Shown: positions 59,396 through 64,000 of the stretch, piece after piece
Layout of the letters: the number at the start of each line of letters is the position of its first letter
How positions within the stretch are numbered: position 1 is the stretch's first letter
Origin: Nymphaea colorata
Taxonomy: Eukaryota
Direction: 5' to 3'
DNA: 64,000 bases
NCBI RefSeq assembly: GCF_008831285.2
Contig: NC_045138.2
Location: 11,718,001 to 11,782,000, forward strand
Made by a program: the position numbers and the translations under genes
Notes under the pieces: model-generated
The model's input: only the letters and a program-made list of their open reading frames with translations
Database searches by the model: none
What the model was told of the DNA's origin: nothing

Positions 59396-62300
59396 TGTTC
59401 CCCTGCGTCTAGAGTCTGTACAGTCCTTTGCTTTTGCTGTATTTGCTTTGCTTACGTTGAGTTTTGGTGTAAGCTTGTATGTTCACCTGTGTTGGAGCAC
59501 TCTCCCAAAACGGCCCCAAGTGTAATATTGAGATTCTTTGTTTTGGATGGTCGGCATGAGAATTCTGTAAGCGGCTTCGGCCATCCTATGTAAGTAAAGT
59601 TAAAAGCTTACTTGCTTCCCTCGTGATGTACTCATCTTGTTAAAGTGAATATATTGCAAGTTTTCTTTCCACACTCTTGTGTACTTTGTGTCTTTTGTTT
59701 TCAAAAAGGCGTTCAAGTGATCTGCGCCCACATGAACGAGGCGAAGACTTGCAGCTTACTGGCGAGAGTTTGCCGCGCCGCGCGGTCCGAAGGAGTCGGT
59801 CCGTGACAGCTGGTATCAGAGCCCAGATTCTACTCAAACTGGGGAAGCGATTGGAGAGTCGGTGTAGAGCATCGCGCCGACTTGCTGCTGTTGAGGAAAA
59901 TGCTATGGCATCCCAATACAATCTGCGAGGTGCCAAAGGCAAGGAGCTGGCCCGTCCAGAGGAGACGAGCCCAGCCCATGACCAGGGAAACCTGGAAGAG
60001 ATGGTGAATAGGTTGGTCGCAAATGTGGCCACCCATGAGGAAGCCCTCGGCTTTGCTGCCGAGACCTTTGAGGGATTCAAGGAGGAGATGAAGTTGATGC
60101 ATGAACAAATGGTCGAGTCAGTGGCCATGAACCGATCACTCTCTGACTTAGTGAAGGCCCTGCAGGACGAAGTTGCTGAACTTCGAGCTTCAAACCAGAG
60201 ACTGCTACGTACTGATTCTGCCAGTAGTAGTCAAGAGAGGACCAGTAGGATCGACGTTCAACGTTCGGCAAAGTACAGTGGTAGCCGGGATGCGAGGGCG
60301 ATCGACAACTTTCTGTTCCAAGTCAACTACTACCTGGACCTGCAGAACGTAGTAGAGAAGGACTTGAAGATCAAGACCGCAACAATGTTGTTAGAGGAAG
60401 ATGCTGTGGCTTGGTGGAGGTGGAAGATGTTGGACATTGAGAAGGGGGACTGCAGGACCTTCGACGACTTCCGCAAGCAATTGAAGGGATATTTCATGCC
60501 TGTGAATGCTGAAAGGCACGCCTATAGGTTGGTTGCAAACCTTAAACAGACTGGTGCCTTAAGAGATTATATCCGAGCTTATCAAAAGGTCATGTTGGAC
60601 GTGCCTATGATGACAGAAAAAGACAAACTTCACTGGTTCATCATAGGGCTCCAATCTTGAGCCCAAGCCGATGTGGAGAGATCAAATCCTGAAACCTTAG
60701 AGCAGGCATATGTGGCAGCCGAGCGCTTGGCCGACACCCAACGCAGAAGCTACACAGATACCTTCAAGTCTACGAAGGAGTTTGACCACAACGGTAAGAG
60801 GGAGGAACGACGAGACAACAAAAATGAATCGTCGTCCCAGAAGCCCACCGAGAGAAAACCCTTCTTTCGCAAGGACAACAATGGGCCACCAAGAGAAGTG
60901 ACTTGTTGGGTCTGCGGAGGAAGGCACTATACGCGTGTCTGCTCAAAACATGTGAGACCTACTGAACAGGCCAATGCCGTGAGGGCTACCGAAGGCGGGA
61001 CTGAAGAAGGGGAAGGATCGAGGATTGGTGTACTTCAGCTTCTCAACTCACTGAAACGTGAAGAGCAAGCCAAGGTCACAACGATACCTTCCAGGGAACT
61101 CATGTACGTTGAGATTTTGGTGAACGGAAAGCCTACGATGGCTATGATAGATACGGGTGCCACACACAATTTCGTCTCAGTTGTGGAGGCGAAGAGACTA
61201 GGCCTCACCCTTGAGAAGGGAGAGTTTCACATGAAGGCAGTCAACTCAGAGGCAAAACCCATCCATGGAGTGACCCGGGATGTGGTTGTGAAGATTGAGA
61301 GTTGGTCAAAGAAAGCCAACTTCTCTGTGGTCCTGATGGACGATTAACAGATGATTCTTGGCATGGAGCTCCTTAGTGCAGCAAAGATGGTCCCGATGCT
61401 GGACTTGCGTAGTGTCAGCATTATAGATGAGAAGTCTCCCTGCATGGTGCCAGTGGTAACACTGAAAAAAGACAAGGGCAAGGTCGCGATGATATCTGCG
61501 CTTCAATTGAACAAAGGCCCGAAGCATGGCGACGGGATGAACTTGGTGGCAACCAGGGAAGTGTCTAAAAACCCTCCTGGTTTGGTCCCAGAGGCGCTTG
61601 CGCCTGTCTTAGAGGAATTCGTCGGGACAACGCCTGCGAAGCTCCCTAGATGGCGGCCACCTCGGCATAAAGTGGGCCATGGCCCTACAAAATTGAAGAA
61701 ACTTGCAGGTCGAAGACGAGGGTCGATGGAATTTCGAGCGAGTGACCAAGTCCTCGTAAAGCTTTACGCAGACCGGGCGGGCCTCTTTCGTGGGTGACGT
61801 TGAGCACATATCAGAAAGTATGAAGGGCCATTTACTGTGGTCAAGAGGATGGGGAAGCTAGCGTACAAGTTGGATCTCCCGCTAGACTTCAAGGCGCATC
61901 CTGTGTTCCACGTCCGCAACCTTCAGCCCTTCTATGCCGACACTGAAGACCCGGAGAGAAGCCAGCCGTGGCGAGAACCAATCTTGCAACGAGCTCTTTC
62001 GATCGGGAGGACCATCGACCGACAATTGGACCAGATCCTTTGGCACAAAAATCAACTACCGTGGCGAACTGAAGCGATACTTGGTCAGGTGGGTAGACGA
62101 AGACCAGCCAACAATGGAGTATGACTTCCATTTGAAGCGAAGTCATCCAGAAGATGTCAGGTTCTACCATGAAGCTGCTAACGCCGAGGACGGTGCTTGT
62201 TTTGAATGGGGGAGCCTGTTCCCCTGCGTCTAGAGTTTGTACAGTCTTTTGTTTTTGCTGTATTTGTTTTGCTTACGTTGAGTCTTGGTGTAAGCTTGTA

Positions 62301-62617
62301 TGTTCACCTGTGTCGGAGCACCCTCCTAAAACGGCCCCAAGTGTAATATTGAGATTCATTGTTTTGGATGGTCGGCATGAGAATTCTGTAAGCGGCTTCG
62401 GCCTCCTATGTAAGTAAAGTTAAAAGCTTACTTGCTTCCCTCGTGATGTACTCATCTTGTTAAAGTGAATATATTGCGAGTTTTCTTTCTACACTCTTGT
62501 GTACTTTGTTTTTGAAAAGGCGTTCAAGTGATCTGCGCCCACTTGAACGAGGCGAAGGCTTGCGGCTTACTGGCGAGATTGCCACGCCGCGCGGTCCGAA
62601 GGAGTCGGCCCGTGACA
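59396..62617 (+). mobile_element. Non-autonomous Ty3/Gypsy chromovirus-type LTR element (Gag, protease, integrase C-terminus/chromodomain only)
   Basis: LTRs 59396-59808 and 62217-62617 (TG...CA); TSD AACAG (59391-59395, 62618-62622); PBS TGGTATCAGAGCC at 59811; PPT GAATGGGGGAG; no RT, RNase H or integrase core. Confidence 0.93.
59905..62190 (+). pseudogene. Gag-protease-integrase-tail-chromodomain reading frame of the Gypsy element
   Basis: One frame from ATG 59905: Gag (YSGSRDARAIDNFL, LKQTG.LRDY), zinc knuckle CWVCGGRHYTRVC, protease AMIDTGATHNF, then EF...DQVLVKL..KYEGPF..AYKLDLP..HPVFHV. Stops at 60658, 61345, 61795 and 61801. A frameshift near 62050 leads to the chromodomain-like RYLVRW. 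Confidence 0.85.
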
Positions 62618-64000
62618 AACAGATCCTACTGGAGAAAATTTTAAAGGAGCAGAAATCTAAATTCTAGCATAGCCATACCTGGCACGCACCCTTGTGAACG
62701 AGTATGCTTCCAGAAAAAAATCCATTGACCTGTTTTGTAATCCCAACAAACACCTTGAAATTCCACATGTGAATCGGCAACTCTGGTAACCTGATCCATA
62801 GTGGAACGTGGGCAGCTTCCTCAATCTTGAATAGCATGCATGGTTCCCATTTACTGGAAACCAAAAGTTTACCCAAACCTTCTATTTCCCTGGTCGAAGA
62901 ATAGTCTCCAAATCAATCCGCGATGACACCCTGATCAGGAATGTCCCCTTCTCCAAAATTATAAACCTGATTGACTTCATAAATCCCTATGGTTGCCACA
63001 ATTCATTGAAAATATCTGCAAACTCGATCTACACACTTGGTAATCCTGCAATTGTTGACCATTGAAAGGACCGCAACATCAGTGCATGAGCCAGGGATCG
63101 TCTGTCATTAACCTCATAAATCTTCCAAATCAGGAAGCTCCAAATCTTCCTCCTATCCCTTGTTGTCAGTTTCACCTGCGCTTTCCACAATAGCTGCCCA
63201 ACAACGGTGTCTTGGTGGAAACCATTAATCCCTCTCTTTACAACATCGCTTCTCTCCCCTTTCTTATGATCCGATGCCAAAAAACCACGAAGTTCGCTAG
63301 GGTTTGGCGATGCCCTAGAGGGATGCCCAATGCCTCACAAGGGTTTCGACAAGGGATGTCAGAGCCCTTTCCAGTGCCTTTCCACATCGCTCCAGTCACC
63401 GTTCAATGTTAACTGTATATTCAACGTTACAATCATACTCCTAAAATTTCTTAAAATTGATTGTACATCTCCTTCACACACACATACACACATTTAAACT
63501 AAAAAAAAAAGCAAGTTTTGAAATATACTGATTGCATATGTATAAATTTCAAACAAAGCTTTGTCTTTTTTTCCAAATAATTTTCTTTGTTGATCACAAT
63601 GAGTTGCTCCATTACATTTAAGTGTTTTTCAACTACGTAGGTTTTCTACAATGGCGAAGCAAACTCCAACTTACAAAGCTAAATAACATGCTACGGAGTT
63701 GGATTTTAGAGTAGGATTAGCAAAAAAAATTGTTTTCTAAACAGAGAAACAAGTTGACCCAGCAGCAAGCATTATTAGGCAGCACCCTTCAAATAGAGAA
63801 GGCCTGGAAACAGCTCCTCAGCTTGTTGAGAAACAGACAGAGGCTGCCGCTCCAACCCCCTTTTCTTGTTGGGTGTCTTCCCAACCAATCCTTTTTTTCT
63901 GAATTAGGAATTTGCTCCACACGAAGAAACTCAAGAGAGGGGCTGCAATAGACCCCGCACCCTGCTGTCAAAAGGGAGAGAGGGAGACTACTGAATGTAA

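Larger units (their letters stand above)
51204..63300 (-). mobile_element. Older L1-type LINE (ORF1 DUF4283/zinc knuckle plus ORF2 RT), interrupted by Copia C and the Gypsy element
   Basis: ORF1 motifs PLWIRLPELP (~62790) and EYESKIKFCTLCG (~59320); ORF2 motifs WL..GDAN..FF (~58670), QGAFLEG..IQ (~58110), YAND, YLGVPL, KFWLDPW, VWCIWHLRN (~51740). Flanks read through after removing both LTR elements. Ends approximate. Confidence 0.8.

Overview
Plant (angiosperm) nuclear genomic DNA, rich in transposable elements, with two recognisable host genes. (1) The 5' part of DNA topoisomerase VI subunit B (TOP6B/BIN3) lies on the minus strand: six coding exons from ATG 24293 down to 1472, continuing off the left edge. 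Its ~18.25-kb third coding intron holds a Copia LTR element, a second Copia nested in it, a hAT element carrying a captured host-gene fragment, further hAT elements and a decayed 5-oxoprolinase fragment. (2) An intronless MCTP/FTIP-family gene (C2 domains plus PRT_C/transmembrane region) lies at 32777-35106 (+), with a single -1 frameshift in a G run. The right third is a TE stack: a 5'-truncated LINE (+) tail-to-tail with an older LINE (-), which is interrupted by a Copia of the same family as the intronic one and by a 3.2-kb chromovirus-type Gypsy element whose Gag-protease frame runs in frame into the integrase C-terminus/chromodomain, with no RT, RNase H or integrase core. Other notable details: a 44-bp templated filler copied from 9.7 kb away into a deletion in the Copia RT, and a tandem TRIM array. 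I see no prokaryotic systems, CRISPR arrays or RNA genes. Family assignments come from recalled motifs, not database searches; coordinates and mismatch counts were read by eye.
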